This document shows, piece by piece, positions 20,721 to 30,439 of a stretch of 64,000 nucleotides of DNA (within the stretch, counting starts at the first letter, position 1; each line of letters starts with the position of its first letter). The notes beneath the pieces were generated by a model. The model was not told the DNA's origin. It made no database searches and saw nothing but the letters and a program-made list of their open reading frames with translations. The translations under genes and the position numbers were made by a program. The DNA is from Sneathiella sp. (lineage in GTDB: Bacteria > Pseudomonadota > Alphaproteobacteria > Sneathiellales > Sneathiellaceae), in NCBI GenBank assembly GCA_017643685.1, contig JAEPMY010000002.1:905-64904 (forward strand), in the 5' to 3' direction.

Positions 20721-23310
20721 CGGCTATAGCGTTGTAAAGCGCCTCTGAAAGATGCTGTTTTGTGAACGGCTTCATCAGGATTTCACTATTTTCTGTAATC
20801 CCCCGCTTCTGTTTGAGCGGCAGGTTATTGCCCGTAAATCCAGACATCAACACCAAGGGAAGGTCCGGGTGCACATTTTTCACATGCTCCGCAATGTCGA
20901 AACCGTTCATATTCCCCGGCATGATCACATCAACCAATAAAGCATCGGCTTTATCTTCTTCCAATGCCAGGATGCCAGCGGATGAATCCAGATAGACTTC
21001 AGGGGTATACCCGATGGCCTGTAGCTGCCGGGCGATCATCTCGGCAACTTTTGGATCATCCTCGATGACAACAACTGTCTCTCCACCCCCAAATTTAATA
21101 CTCGAATGAACAGGGCTTACCCCCTCTTCTTCATCATCACTAAGGGCCCGCGGCAGGTAAAGCTTAATGCTCGTCCCCACACCTTCTTCACTATAGATAC
21201 CAACACTGCCACCTGACTGCTTGGCAAAGCCGAAAACCATGCTCAGCCCAAGACCGCTCCCTTTACCGACTTCCTTAGTGGTGAAGAAAGGCTCAAAAAT
21301 ACGTGATTGCGTTTCCTTGTTCATTCCCGAACCGGTGTCGGTGACGCAAATACAGACATACTCCCCTGTCTCAAGCTCGTGCTCACTTTCCACGCCATCA
21401 TTTTCAACAACCATATTAAAGCTCTCAATAGAGATTTCACCGCCAAGCGGCATCGCATCTCGAGAGTTGATCAACAGGTTCATCAACGCATTTTCAAGCT
21501 CATTAGGATCAACCGTAATGCTCCAATTACTCTCCAAATAGGTTTTCAGAGAAACGCTCTCACCAACCGCTCGCTTAAAAAGGCTGAACATCTCAGTCAC
21601 AATTTTTTGCGGTTGGATGACGGACGGCTGCAATGTCTGTTGACGGGAATAGGCCAGTAACTGATGGGTTAAAGAGGCGCCGCGCTCTGCCCCGCGCACA
21701 GCATCACCTAACATTTTCCGAGTCGTAGGATCGAGCTTTTCATCTTCCAACGCCAGCTCCAGGTTCCCCAAAACGACCGCAAGCAAGTTATTGAAATCAT
21801 GAGCAATTCCGCCTGTTAATTGACCAACAACTTCAAGCTTCTGAGACTGTCTTAGCTGCTCTTGAACTTTCTCCGCTTCTTGCTGGGCCAATTGCTCCGC
21901 AGTGATATTACTGGAAGTACCGCGATACCCTAAATATTTACCGTTTTGATCAAAACGAGGACGCCCGCTGGCAGACCAGTACTCCACATTTCCAAGCGGG
22001 TTTACGCGCCGAAAAATAAAACCACGGAAAGGCTCATGCTTAGCCAAGAGGGCTTTATGGCCTTCCCAGTCTCCGTAATTCTCGTCTATCCCTTCCACTT
22101 CCCAACGGCGCTTTCCAATAAGGCCACCATAACGAAGTGGATTTGGAGTAGATTTGTCACGGGACACAAACGTATAGCGGTGCTCAGGATCAGTTTCCCA
22201 AACGGAATCTGATGTCACATTTGCAAAATCCTGAAAGCGCTGTTCACTTTCTATAAAGTTGGTAAACACGCTTTTCAGTGTCCGTGCCAACTCGTTGAAT
22301 TCACGTGCCGAAAACTCTGGCACGACTATGTTCTTATCGCGCTTATCAAGTCTTTTCGCGTAAGAGATCAACCGGGTCAGCGGTGTTACAAATAACGAAT
22401 TTCCAAGGGAATAAGAAAACAGCGAGAGGATCAGAATGATACCGAACCCAAGCGTTCCGGAGACAACGTACAATTCCCGAAGCGAGCGGTAATTTTCATC
22501 GCGATAATGAACGGTTGCGGTCAAATTCGAATTTGGGAAGGCTGCCTGCTGAATTTTCGGCATAAATACCAGTTCATCAGGGTACAGGGTTTCCAATTCT
22601 TTAGCGGAGAGTGTGTAATCAATCAGTTCATTCGCCTCCCCAATTTGGCCAATGATCTCCCCATCCCAACGAAGTGCAACATATTCCGCTTCTGTCCGGG
22701 TTGAAATCTCTTCCAGCAACGAAATATTCTCATTCACAAATAGGCCAGAGACAATAAATCCATCTACCTTGCCAGTAAAACGGTTCAGAATTTCTGTTCG
22801 GTAATACAGGATCACTTGCGGATCGCCGCCGTCATGGCCCGGCTCAACCGCCCAATACCAGTCTTTTGGTTGGGCGAGTTGCTGTGTAATCTGTTTGCGG
22901 ATGGCCGGAAATTGATACAGCTGGATGTGAATTTCTTCGACGATATCACCTTGCTCTGTCAGCAGGGCAATATAATCTACATTCCCTTCTTTCTGGGTAT
23001 AGAAAGCAGTTTCGATAAAACTATAGATATCCTCTAATTGTCCGGCGTCTTTTCCCGCGATTTCCTCGGATATCAGGTCGGCGAACTGCTTCGCCGCATC
23101 AAGGCGTTTTTCCAACACCAGATCAACAATTGTTCCGGTTTTGCCAGAAATTTGTTCCCGCTCGTTTTCGACCACAAGACTAGAGCTGAAGAAGGTTACC
23201 ACCAAAATGGCGAGGACAAGCAGAGACAGGACCCCAAACAGGCCACCTGCCAGCAATACCGGAAGCTTATATCCGGTGCCCTTCTTAGTTTTCGGAGTAT
23301 CTAAATGCAC
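20695..23310 (-). CDS. Hybrid sensor histidine kinase/response regulator, LuxQ-like periplasmic sensor architecture
   Basis: 871 aa. TM1 is at about aa 15-41, followed by a periplasmic region of about 240 aa and TM2 at about aa 281-307. Then come PAS, the H box GGIAHDFNNLLAV, the N box LMNLLINSRDAM, G1 DTGSGM, G2 GSGLGLS and a C-terminal REC domain (VVVIEDD...LLVDVIMPGNMNG). The GTG start overlaps the luxP 3' end by 26 nt. Confidence 0.85.
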   Translation of the reverse strand: MHLDTPKTKKGTGYKLPVLLAGGLFGVLSLLVLAILVVTFFSSSLVVENEREQISGKTGTIVDLVLEKRLDAAKQFADLISEEIAGKDAGQLEDIYSFIETAFYTQKEGNVDYIALLTEQGDIVEEIHIQLYQFPAIRKQITQQLAQPKDWYWAVEPGHDGGDPQVILYYRTEILNRFTGKVDGFIVSGLFVNENISLLEEISTRTEAEYVALRWDGEIIGQIGEANELIDYTLSAKELETLYPDELVFMPKIQQAAFPNSNLTATVHYRDENYRSLRELYVVSGTLGFGIILILSLFSYSLGNSLFVTPLTRLISYAKRLDKRDKNIVVPEFSAREFNELARTLKSVFTNFIESEQRFQDFANVTSDSVWETDPEHRYTFVSRDKSTPNPLRYGGLIGKRRWEVEGIDENYGDWEGHKALLAKHEPFRGFIFRRVNPLGNVEYWSASGRPRFDQNGKYLGYRGTSSNITAEQLAQQEAEKVQEQLRQSQKLEVVGQLTGGIAHDFNNLLAVVLGNLELALEDEKLDPTTRKMLGDAVRGAERGASLTHQLLAYSRQQTLQPSVIQPQKIVTEMFSLFKRAVGESVSLKTYLESNWSITVDPNELENALMNLLINSRDAMPLGGEISIESFNMVVENDGVESEHELETGEYVCICVTDTGSGMNKETQSRIFEPFFTTKEVGKGSGLGLSMVFGFAKQSGGSVGIYSEEGVGTSIKLYLPRALSDDEEEGVSPVHSSIKFGGGETVVVIEDDPKVAEMIARQLQAIGYTPEVYLDSSAGILALEEDKADALLVDVIMPGNMNGFDIAEHVKNVHPDLPLVLMSGFTGNNLPLKQKRGITENSEILMKPFTKQHLSEALYNAIAVKKIKEVS

Positions 23311-24406
23311 GCTGTCTTAATTCCGAAATTTGACGTTGAGTAGTCGTTTGATCCACGATGATCATGGAACCGGAATAAACCGTCGGCAATTCAGCACCTT
23401 TTCCGATGCTATCCAAAATAATTGCTTCGGCCATTGCAACGCCATTGTCATCATTCATACGCATGACTGTGAATTCCAATTCGCCTTTTTCAATGGCAAG
23501 CAATTCACTATCTCCCCCGCCCCAGCCATTGGTAATTACCTGGCCGAGTCTTCCCGTCTCTTTAAGTGCATCCACAACCCCAAGCGCAATATCTGTGGAG
23601 CAGCTAAAGATAAAATCTAATTTTCCGCTGGTTTTTAAAACGTCTTTTGTCGCCAAATAGGCTTTTTCGCGATTAAATCCAACATGGTAGCTTGAAACAA
23701 GCTCCATATTCTCATGCTCGGCCATAATCTCCTGAAAACGGCCGCAACGCATATCACTCACATAACCTTTTTCGCCAAACATGATGGCAAAGGTGGCTCC
23801 GTCCTTAAATTTCTTCAGATACTGTTCTGCCAGATATTCAGTTCCCGTCACATGATCAAAACCGACGTAAAGAAAAGGCTGCTGCAGCCGGAAAACTTTT
23901 AGCGGTGTCGTAATATTCTGCAGGATCACCTTTGATGATTTATGTTTAATCAGTTGCTTGATCAAAACACGATGCTGATCCGCATTGAGCGTAAACACAA
24001 CATAATCAGGTTTCTCTGACAAAAACTCAGTCAGCTTTTTGCTTTGTTCCCGAAAAACCTCGCCGGGCCGGGTGAAATGGGTCTGCAATTCATACACGGC
24101 CCCATATTCAGCCAGACGCCGCTCCATTGAAACAATGCTCCGCCGCCAATAATCAGACACCTGAAATCCTGGCAGCACCATCACAATTTTAATAACTTTT
24201 CCAACATCTATTTCAGATATAGGGGGGGTTTGGACCCGATTACCGAACTCTTCGGATTTGGAAATCTGATCTTGGTTTAAGGCCAAATATTCCTCAACGG
24301 TCCAATAGCTCTGGAACCGGCTGTCGGCGGCCGCGCCGTGAATATTGGCCATAGAGAAGCTCAAAAAGAGTGCTGAAAGAAGCAATCCTCTTGCTGTTAG
24401 TCCCAT
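23285..24406 (-). CDS. luxP: Periplasmic autoinducer-2 binding protein LuxP
   Basis: 373 aa with a signal peptide. It shows end-to-end block similarity to Vibrio harveyi LuxP as I recall that sequence: QVSDYW, ILQNITTP, QPFLYVGFDH, GYVSDMR, CSTDIALG, NGWGGG, TVMRMNDDNGVAMAEAI, PTVYSG and RAFRYSEN. It is followed by an overlapping hybrid kinase, as in luxPQ. Confidence 0.85.
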   Translation of the reverse strand: MGLTARGLLLSALFLSFSMANIHGAAADSRFQSYWTVEEYLALNQDQISKSEEFGNRVQTPPISEIDVGKVIKIVMVLPGFQVSDYWRRSIVSMERRLAEYGAVYELQTHFTRPGEVFREQSKKLTEFLSEKPDYVVFTLNADQHRVLIKQLIKHKSSKVILQNITTPLKVFRLQQPFLYVGFDHVTGTEYLAEQYLKKFKDGATFAIMFGEKGYVSDMRCGRFQEIMAEHENMELVSSYHVGFNREKAYLATKDVLKTSGKLDFIFSCSTDIALGVVDALKETGRLGQVITNGWGGGDSELLAIEKGELEFTVMRMNDDNGVAMAEAIILDSIGKGAELPTVYSGSMIIVDQTTTQRQISELRQRAFRYSEN

Positions 24407-24612
24407 ACAACTTCTCCACTTAAACTAAACTCTGAATTAGTTTAGGTCCAAATACCTAAATAATATCTTAAAGATTTATCTAAAATGACGCTAAAAATGG
24501 CATAGTTCATTGATATTAATCATTTTTGGCTGGTTTTGATGGAGGTGCTATTTGCAAATCATTCTCGAAGGTTTATGATGGAAAAACCGACCATAAAAAA
24601 TAAGAAAAATCC

Positions 24613-25743
24613 ATGTCTTTACCGCTTGAAAATCTGCTTGTTGTCTCACTGGAGCAAGCTGTTGCCGCTCCTTATCTGTCTTCCCGCCTTGCGGATGCGG
24701 GGGCACGTGTTATTAAAATTGAACGTGAAGAAGGCGATTTCGCCCGCCACTATGACAGTGTCGTTAATGGCCAAAGTGCCTATTTTGTCTGGCTTAACCG
24801 CGGTAAGGAAAGCCTTCAGCTCGATATCAAAAACGCGGATGATTTAAAACTGCTGAAGACCATCATCGCCAAGGCCGATGTCTTTATTCAAAACCTGGCC
24901 CCAAATGTAGTCAACAAATACGGGCTTGATAGCGAAAGCTTAAGAAGCACCAATAAACGTCTGATTACAGTAGACATTTCAGGCTACGGCGAAGAAGGCC
25001 CGTATGCCAAAATGAAAGCCTATGACATGCTGGTGCAATCAGAAACCGGCCTTGCCATGGTGACTGGATCTCCGGCGGAACCCGGCCGTGTGGGGGTATC
25101 CGTCTGTGATATTGCGGCTGGTATGCATGGCCTCGTTGCCGTTTTGGAAGCGTTATACGAACGGGAACACACAGGAGAGGGAAAATCTGTAAAATCCACG
25201 CTGTTTGCTGGAATGGCAGATTGGATGACGGTTCCCCTGCTCCATCAACAATATGGCGGTAAAGCTCCGGGCCGCGGCGGTCTCAGCCACCCGTCCATTG
25301 CACCGTATGAAGCCTTCACCGCGAAAGATGGCGGTGAAGTTGTGATCTCTATCCAGAACCAAACCGAATGGCGCAATTTGTGCGAAAAGGTTCTGTTAAT
25401 GCCAGAAATGGCAGATCAGCCGGAATATCAAAATAACGAAAAGCGCGTTGAAAACCGGCATCAGCTTCACGCTGATATCCAGGCCATTTTTGGCGCGGAA
25501 ACCCGTGAAGAAATGGCAAAACGCCTTCTGGAAGCCCGCATTGCTTTTGGCGCGCTGAACACGGTCAATGACCTGATTAATCACCCGCAATTGGAACGCA
25601 CAGAGGTTATGTCAGAGGCAGGCCCCGTTAGTTTGGTTGCATCGCCCATTAGATTTGCGGGGGCAAGTGATGATTTTGGACCGATCCCTGCGCTAGGTGA
25701 GCATAATGCAGCGCTCAGGGCTGAATTTGGTGGTGATGAATGA
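24613..25743 (+). CDS. Family III CoA-transferase (CaiB/BaiF family)
   Basis: 376 aa with the typical N-terminus LENLLVVSLEQAVAAPYLSSRLADAGARVIKIER and a conserved Asp region (VCDIAAG). Confidence 0.87.
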   Translation: MSLPLENLLVVSLEQAVAAPYLSSRLADAGARVIKIEREEGDFARHYDSVVNGQSAYFVWLNRGKESLQLDIKNADDLKLLKTIIAKADVFIQNLAPNVVNKYGLDSESLRSTNKRLITVDISGYGEEGPYAKMKAYDMLVQSETGLAMVTGSPAEPGRVGVSVCDIAAGMHGLVAVLEALYEREHTGEGKSVKSTLFAGMADWMTVPLLHQQYGGKAPGRGGLSHPSIAPYEAFTAKDGGEVVISIQNQTEWRNLCEKVLLMPEMADQPEYQNNEKRVENRHQLHADIQAIFGAETREEMAKRLLEARIAFGALNTVNDLINHPQLERTEVMSEAGPVSLVASPIRFAGASDDFGPIPALGEHNAALRAEFGGDE

Positions 25744-27230
25744 GTGAACCAAAACCGCAATCACGTAATGAGTATCTAAAAGCCCGCTACGGGGAAGCCT
25801 ATAAATGGACAGCGGGCGGCGCGGTTGTTCTAGGGCTTCTCACCACAATCTTTTCATCCACTATGGTCAATGTGGCACTCACCGACGTGATGGCCACATT
25901 TGACGTCACCCAAGGCTCGGCCCAATGGCTATCCACTGGTTTTCTTTGTGCCAGTAGCGTTGCTATGCTGACGACCGCATGGTTAGTCTCCCAATTTGGG
26001 GCGCGGGCAACCTTTCTGATTGCGATTGCCGTTTTTATCGTCGGCAGCTTGCTGGGATGGCAATCTTACAACTTTGGTTTCCTTGTTTTCTCTCGTCTTC
26101 TTCAAGGCGCCGGTGCGGGCATCTTGCAGCCGCTTTCCATGTCATTGATTTTCAGCCTGTTCCCCGCGGAAATGAGGGGGCGTGCCATGGGCATGTTTGG
26201 AATGGGCGTGGTGATTGGCCCTGCGGTTGGACCGATTATCGGCGGTGTCATTACCGATAGTATGGATTGGCACACTACCTTTTTCGTGGTGATCCCATTG
26301 GCGTTGGTCGCTGGTGGTCTTGGCTTCCTGTTCCTGCCCAACCGCACCGGAGAGCGGGATCGCGTCAAATTCAATTATATCAGCTTCGCCTTAGTGGGAT
26401 TGTCTGTAGCCTGCCTTTTGACAGCCTTTACCAATACCCAGTTCAAACCGGTCACCAGTCTTGATGTATATCCATTCTTCTTCATCGCTATCGTTGGATT
26501 TATCCTGTTTTTCATTCGTGATCTGAAAAGCCAGGCACCATTGGTGCAGCTGCGGCTATTTAAGAATATGAAATTCACGTCTTCTGTCGCTATTGGGGTG
26601 CTGACAAGTGCCGGGATGTTCTCCAGCTTCTATATGATCCCGCTCTTTGCGAGGACCGTTCAAAATGCGTCTGCAACAGATGCGGGAATGCTCTTGCTGC
26701 CCGCGGGGTTAACGCTTGTGGTGACATTTCCGATTGTGGGGCGCTTGATTGATATGATGCCCGCCCACCGGCTCATTATCTTTGGCTCTGTTGTTTTTAT
26801 TATCTCGACCATCGCCATTAGTTATAGCGACCAAGCCACCACTTATGTCTATCTTTCAATCCTGATTATCTGCGGCCGTGTGGGGCTGGGCTTTATCATG
26901 CCGTCCTACAGCACCTTTGGTCTTTCTGCGGTCTCTCCCAAGCGGGTCACACAGGCCTCTGGTGCACTTAACTTCGTGCGAATGCTTGGGGGATCAATGG
27001 GCGTGAATTTAACCGCGATCCTGATCACGGCAGAAAATGAAAAATACGCACTGGAACTTGCGGGCAAAAGCATCGATCAACTTGGCGAGGCCGAACATCT
27101 TGCCGTCATGACACACACGTTCCATGACGTGTTTCAGACAACCGCATTTGTGTTTGCCCTTGTCTTTATCCCGACCATTTACATGCTCATAAGCCATCGC
27201 AGGGAAAAATCACAAGCCATTGCTTCATAA
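25740..27230 (+). CDS. MFS transporter, DHA2 (EmrB/QacA, 14-TM) family
   Basis: 496 aa, about 14 hydrophobic segments, with the MFS motifs LSTGFL...FGAR and RLLQGAGAG. Its start overlaps the stop of the CoA-transferase (ATGA). Confidence 0.87.
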   Translation: MSEPKPQSRNEYLKARYGEAYKWTAGGAVVLGLLTTIFSSTMVNVALTDVMATFDVTQGSAQWLSTGFLCASSVAMLTTAWLVSQFGARATFLIAIAVFIVGSLLGWQSYNFGFLVFSRLLQGAGAGILQPLSMSLIFSLFPAEMRGRAMGMFGMGVVIGPAVGPIIGGVITDSMDWHTTFFVVIPLALVAGGLGFLFLPNRTGERDRVKFNYISFALVGLSVACLLTAFTNTQFKPVTSLDVYPFFFIAIVGFILFFIRDLKSQAPLVQLRLFKNMKFTSSVAIGVLTSAGMFSSFYMIPLFARTVQNASATDAGMLLLPAGLTLVVTFPIVGRLIDMMPAHRLIIFGSVVFIISTIAISYSDQATTYVYLSILIICGRVGLGFIMPSYSTFGLSAVSPKRVTQASGALNFVRMLGGSMGVNLTAILITAENEKYALELAGKSIDQLGEAEHLAVMTHTFHDVFQTTAFVFALVFIPTIYMLISHRREKSQAIAS

Positions 27231-27232
27231 AC

Positions 27233-27263
27233 AAAAAACCCCGCTGAGATAGCGGGGTTTTTC
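27233..27263. terminator. Bidirectional intrinsic terminator between the MFS gene and the convergent fadJ-like gene
   Basis: AAAAAA-CCCCGCT-gagat-AGCGGGG-TTTTT: a perfect 7-bp GC-rich stem flanked by an A-run and a T-run. Confidence 0.7.
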
Positions 27264-27280
27264 ATCAAGTCGAGCTTGGA

Positions 27281-29365
27281 TTAAAGGTCTTTAAAACCTT
27301 TACCTTCTTTCGCCAGCTTCTCTAACAGAGCTGCAGGCTTGAAGAAGTCGCCGTGTTTTTCCTGATATTCGCAAAGCTTCTTGTAAACTTTGTCGAGACC
27401 AACCGCATCACCGTAGCGCATTGGGCCACCGCGATAGACAGGCCAACCATAACCATAGACCCAGGTAACGTCGATATCACTGGCGCGAGAGGCGATGCCC
27501 TCTTCCAGGATTTTCGCCCCTTCATTAATCATTGGGTAGATACACCGCTCCAGAATTTCCTCATCGGAAATATTCCGGCGCTCAATGCCCGCTTCTTTAG
27601 ACGCGTTGACAATGATTTCTTCAACAACCGGATCTGGTTTCGGTGTCCGGCTACCATCTTCATAGAGGTAATAACCGGCGCCTGTTTTCTGACCAAAACG
27701 GCCCATTTCACAGATCGTGTCAGCAACGGCGCTTTTCACACCTTTACCCTGACGGATACGCCATCCAACATCGTTACCGGCAAGATCAGCCATCGCAAAT
27801 GGACCCATTGGCAAACCGAAGTCATACAAAACGCGGTCCACATCCTGTGGCAGTGCCCCTTCCATAATCAGAGCAGTTGCCTGCTCTGTCCGGCGGTGCA
27901 GGATACGGTTACCCACAAAACCTTCACAAACGCCGACCATAACAGGTATTTTGCCGATCCGTTTTGCCAGGTTCATACAAGTTGCCATAACCTCTTTACT
28001 GGTTTTCTTGGTACGCACTTCTTCCAGCAACTTCATGACATTTGCCGGGCTGAAGAAATGCAGACCGATGACAGATTCAGGGCGTTTTGTGACGCTACCG
28101 ATTTCATCTATATCCAGTGTGGAGGTGTTTGTTGCCAGAATGGCGTCTTCTTTACAGATCGCATCCAGTTTCTGGAACAGCTCTTTTTTCACTTCCATAT
28201 TCTCGAAAATGGCTTCGATGACGATATCCGCATCTTTTACATCTTCAAGATTGGTTGTGCCGGTCAGCAGGCTCATGCATTTATCCATCGCTTCCTGCTT
28301 CATCCGTCCCTTGGAAACGGTTGCCGCATAGTTCTTACGGATAATTTCAAGACCATTGTCCAGACCTTCCTGAGAAGTCTCAACAATCGTAACCGGAATA
28401 CCAGCCTGCAGGAAGTTCATGGCGATACCGCCGCCCATAGTGCCTGCCCCAATGATACCGCAAGTATTGATATCAAAAGTTTTTGTCTCCCGCGGGACAT
28501 CAGGAATTTTCATAGCCTGACGCTCTGCGAAGAACATGTAGCGCTGGCTGATAGACTGCTCACCTGTCATCAATTCCATAAACAGTTCACGCTCGCGCTT
28601 CAACCCATCAGGGAATGGCAGATTAACGGCACCTTCAATGGCTTTGATGCAGTTTTCTGGCGCCAGGAAACCACGTGTTTTACGGGCGATGGATTTGCGG
28701 AAATCATCAAAAATCGCAGGATTGTCTTTCGCTTCCTGCAACTTATCGTCCTGATCAGAGATTTTGACCAGCGGACGGCCTTCATCGGCAACTTTCTGTG
28801 CAAAAGCTTTCGCGCCTTCTTTCAGATCGCCGTCAACAATTTCGCTGACCAAGCCTACTTCCAATGCTTTGGCCGCTTTGATCGGATTACCGCTTGTAAT
28901 CATCTGAAGTGCCATTGGCACCCCAACAACACGCGGCAGACGCTGCGTTCCGCCAGCACCTGGAAGGATACCCAGTTTCACTTCTGGCAGACCAACCTGC
29001 GCAGTTGGGCTACACACCCGGTAATGACACCCAAGAGCTGTCTCAAGACCACCGCCGAGCGCTGTACCGTGAACGGCCGCAACAACTGGCTTTTTGGAGT
29101 TCTCGATCGCCTCAATTACAGCATTCAGGCTCGGCTCTTGTGGTGGTTTACCAAATTCGGTGATATCCGCACCTGCGATAAATGTCCGTCCCGCGCAGTG
29201 AAGAACGATGGATGTCACACTGTCATCCGCATTCGCCGCTTCGATACCACCTTTGATACCGGCACGAACCGCGGCGGCCAGTGCGTTCACTGGTGGATTG
29301 TCCACCGTGATAACCCCAACATTACCCTCTGCTTCGTAACTTACTTTATCCGTAATGGCAGTCAT
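27281..29365 (-). CDS. Multifunctional enoyl-CoA hydratase / 3-hydroxyacyl-CoA dehydrogenase (FadB/FadJ-like)
   Basis: The N-terminal crotonase fold ([23 protein letters not shown]) is followed by a 3-HCDH Rossmann fold ([12 protein letters not shown]) and C-terminal domains. The ORF opens with TTG at 29380. The ATG at 29365 is preceded by GGAAGGAA. Confidence 0.9.
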   Translation of the reverse strand: MTAITDKVSYEAEGNVGVITVDNPPVNALAAAVRAGIKGGIEAANADDSVTSIVLHCAGRTFIAGADITEFGKPPQEPSLNAVIEAIENSKKPVVAAVHGTALGGGLETALGCHYRVCSPTAQVGLPEVKLGILPGAGGTQRLPRVVGVPMALQMITSGNPIKAAKALEVGLVSEIVDGDLKEGAKAFAQKVADEGRPLVKISDQDDKLQEAKDNPAIFDDFRKSIARKTRGFLAPENCIKAIEGAVNLPFPDGLKRERELFMELMTGEQSISQRYMFFAERQAMKIPDVPRETKTFDINTCGIIGAGTMGGGIAMNFLQAGIPVTIVETSQEGLDNGLEIIRKNYAATVSKGRMKQEAMDKCMSLLTGTTNLEDVKDADIVIEAIFENMEVKKELFQKLDAICKEDAILATNTSTLDIDEIGSVTKRPESVIGLHFFSPANVMKLLEEVRTKKTSKEVMATCMNLAKRIGKIPVMVGVCEGFVGNRILHRRTEQATALIMEGALPQDVDRVLYDFGLPMGPFAMADLAGNDVGWRIRQGKGVKSAVADTICEMGRFGQKTGAGYYLYEDGSRTPKPDPVVEEIIVNASKEAGIERRNISDEEILERCIYPMINEGAKILEEGIASRASDIDVTWVYGYGWPVYRGGPMRYGDAVGLDKVYKKLCEYQEKHGDFFKPAALLEKLAKEGKGFKDL

Positions 29366-29404
29366 ATGTATTCCTTCCAAGGTTTTGACTGTTCTTATTC
29401 AGGA

Positions 29405-30439
29405 TTAATCCCGTGTTGGATCCTCGGAAACCTGTACCAACAGCTTTCCGAAATTTTTGCCTTTCAGCAGACCAAGAAACGCCTCTGGGGCGTTTTCAAT
29501 ACCCTGTACAATATCTTCTTTATACTTAACTTCGCCGGTGCGGATCCAGTTTCCAAGGTCCCGCACAACGTCCGGGAAGCGATCATAATGATCAAAACTT
29601 ATAAAACCTCTTAACATAATACGTTTTACCAGCATGGTTCCCATAAAGGCCGGTAATTTGTTCGGACCATCTGGATCGCCCGTCATGTTATAGTTGGCAA
29701 TCCGACCACAAAGCGGGATCCGCGCGAAGTCATTCATCAATGGGAATACCGCATCAAAGACGCGACCACCCACATTTTCAAAATAAACATCAACGCCATT
29801 TGGGCAGGCTTTTTCAAGCTGAGCCTCAAAGTCATCATCTTTATAGTTGAGGCACTCATCCATGCCCAGCTCATCAACAACATAACGGCATTTATCTTCG
29901 GAACCGGCAACACCGATCACGCGGCAGCCTTTGATTTTGGCGATCTGCCCAACGATAGAGCCCACAGCACCGGATGCCGCAGAGACCACAACCGTCTCAC
30001 CCTCTTTTGGCTGACCAATATCCAGCAGACCCACATAAGCCGTCAGGCCAGGCATACCCAAAATACCAACACCTGTTGAAATTGGGGCGTTGGATGGGTC
30101 AACTTTCATCACGCCTTGGCCGTTGGATACGGAATGTGACTGCCACAGGGTATGGCTAACCACATAATCGCCTTCTTTGAATTTTGGATTGTTGCTGCTC
30201 ACCACAACAGAAACGCCAGTACCACTCATTGGCTGGCCGATTTCAGCACTTGCCGCGTAGCTTTTAGACTCGTTCATCCGACCACGCATATACGGGTCCA
30301 GTGACATGTAAATGGTTTTCAGCAGCATTTCACCTTCGCCCGGTGTTGGCACAGGTGTTTCAACATATTCCCAGTTATCAAGCGTTGGTTCTCCCACAGG
30401 GCGGGATTTCAGAAGCCATTGTTTGTTCATTTCAGTCAT
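29405..30439 (-). CDS. NADP-dependent alkenal/enone oxidoreductase (MDR superfamily, YncB/CurA/PTGR1-like)
   Basis: 344 aa with the zinc-free MDR nucleotide motif VVSAASGAVGSIVGQIAKIKGCRVIGVAGS and a typical C-terminus GKNFGKLLVQV. Confidence 0.87.
   Translation of the reverse strand: MTEMNKQWLLKSRPVGEPTLDNWEYVETPVPTPGEGEMLLKTIYMSLDPYMRGRMNESKSYAASAEIGQPMSGTGVSVVVSSNNPKFKEGDYVVSHTLWQSHSVSNGQGVMKVDPSNAPISTGVGILGMPGLTAYVGLLDIGQPKEGETVVVSAASGAVGSIVGQIAKIKGCRVIGVAGSEDKCRYVVDELGMDECLNYKDDDFEAQLEKACPNGVDVYFENVGGRVFDAVFPLMNDFARIPLCGRIANYNMTGDPDGPNKLPAFMGTMLVKRIMLRGFISFDHYDRFPDVVRDLGNWIRTGEVKYKEDIVQGIENAPEAFLGLLKGKNFGKLLVQVSEDPTRD

Noticed and set aside
27353-29614. A 753-aa ORF on the plus strand, the longest non-annotated ORF in the window. 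It spans the whole fadJ-like gene and runs into the next gene.
   Set aside because: It lies in exactly the same triplet register as the minus-strand genes: 27353, 27281 and the codon starts of 29405..30439 are all congruent mod 3. Antisense stops can therefore arise only opposite the sense codons TTA, CTA and TCA, which these genes avoid. Its product is Cys/His/Phe/Arg-rich with no recognisable motif. The minus-strand products carry full-length crotonase/3-HCDH and MDR reductase signatures. It is a mirror-frame artefact.
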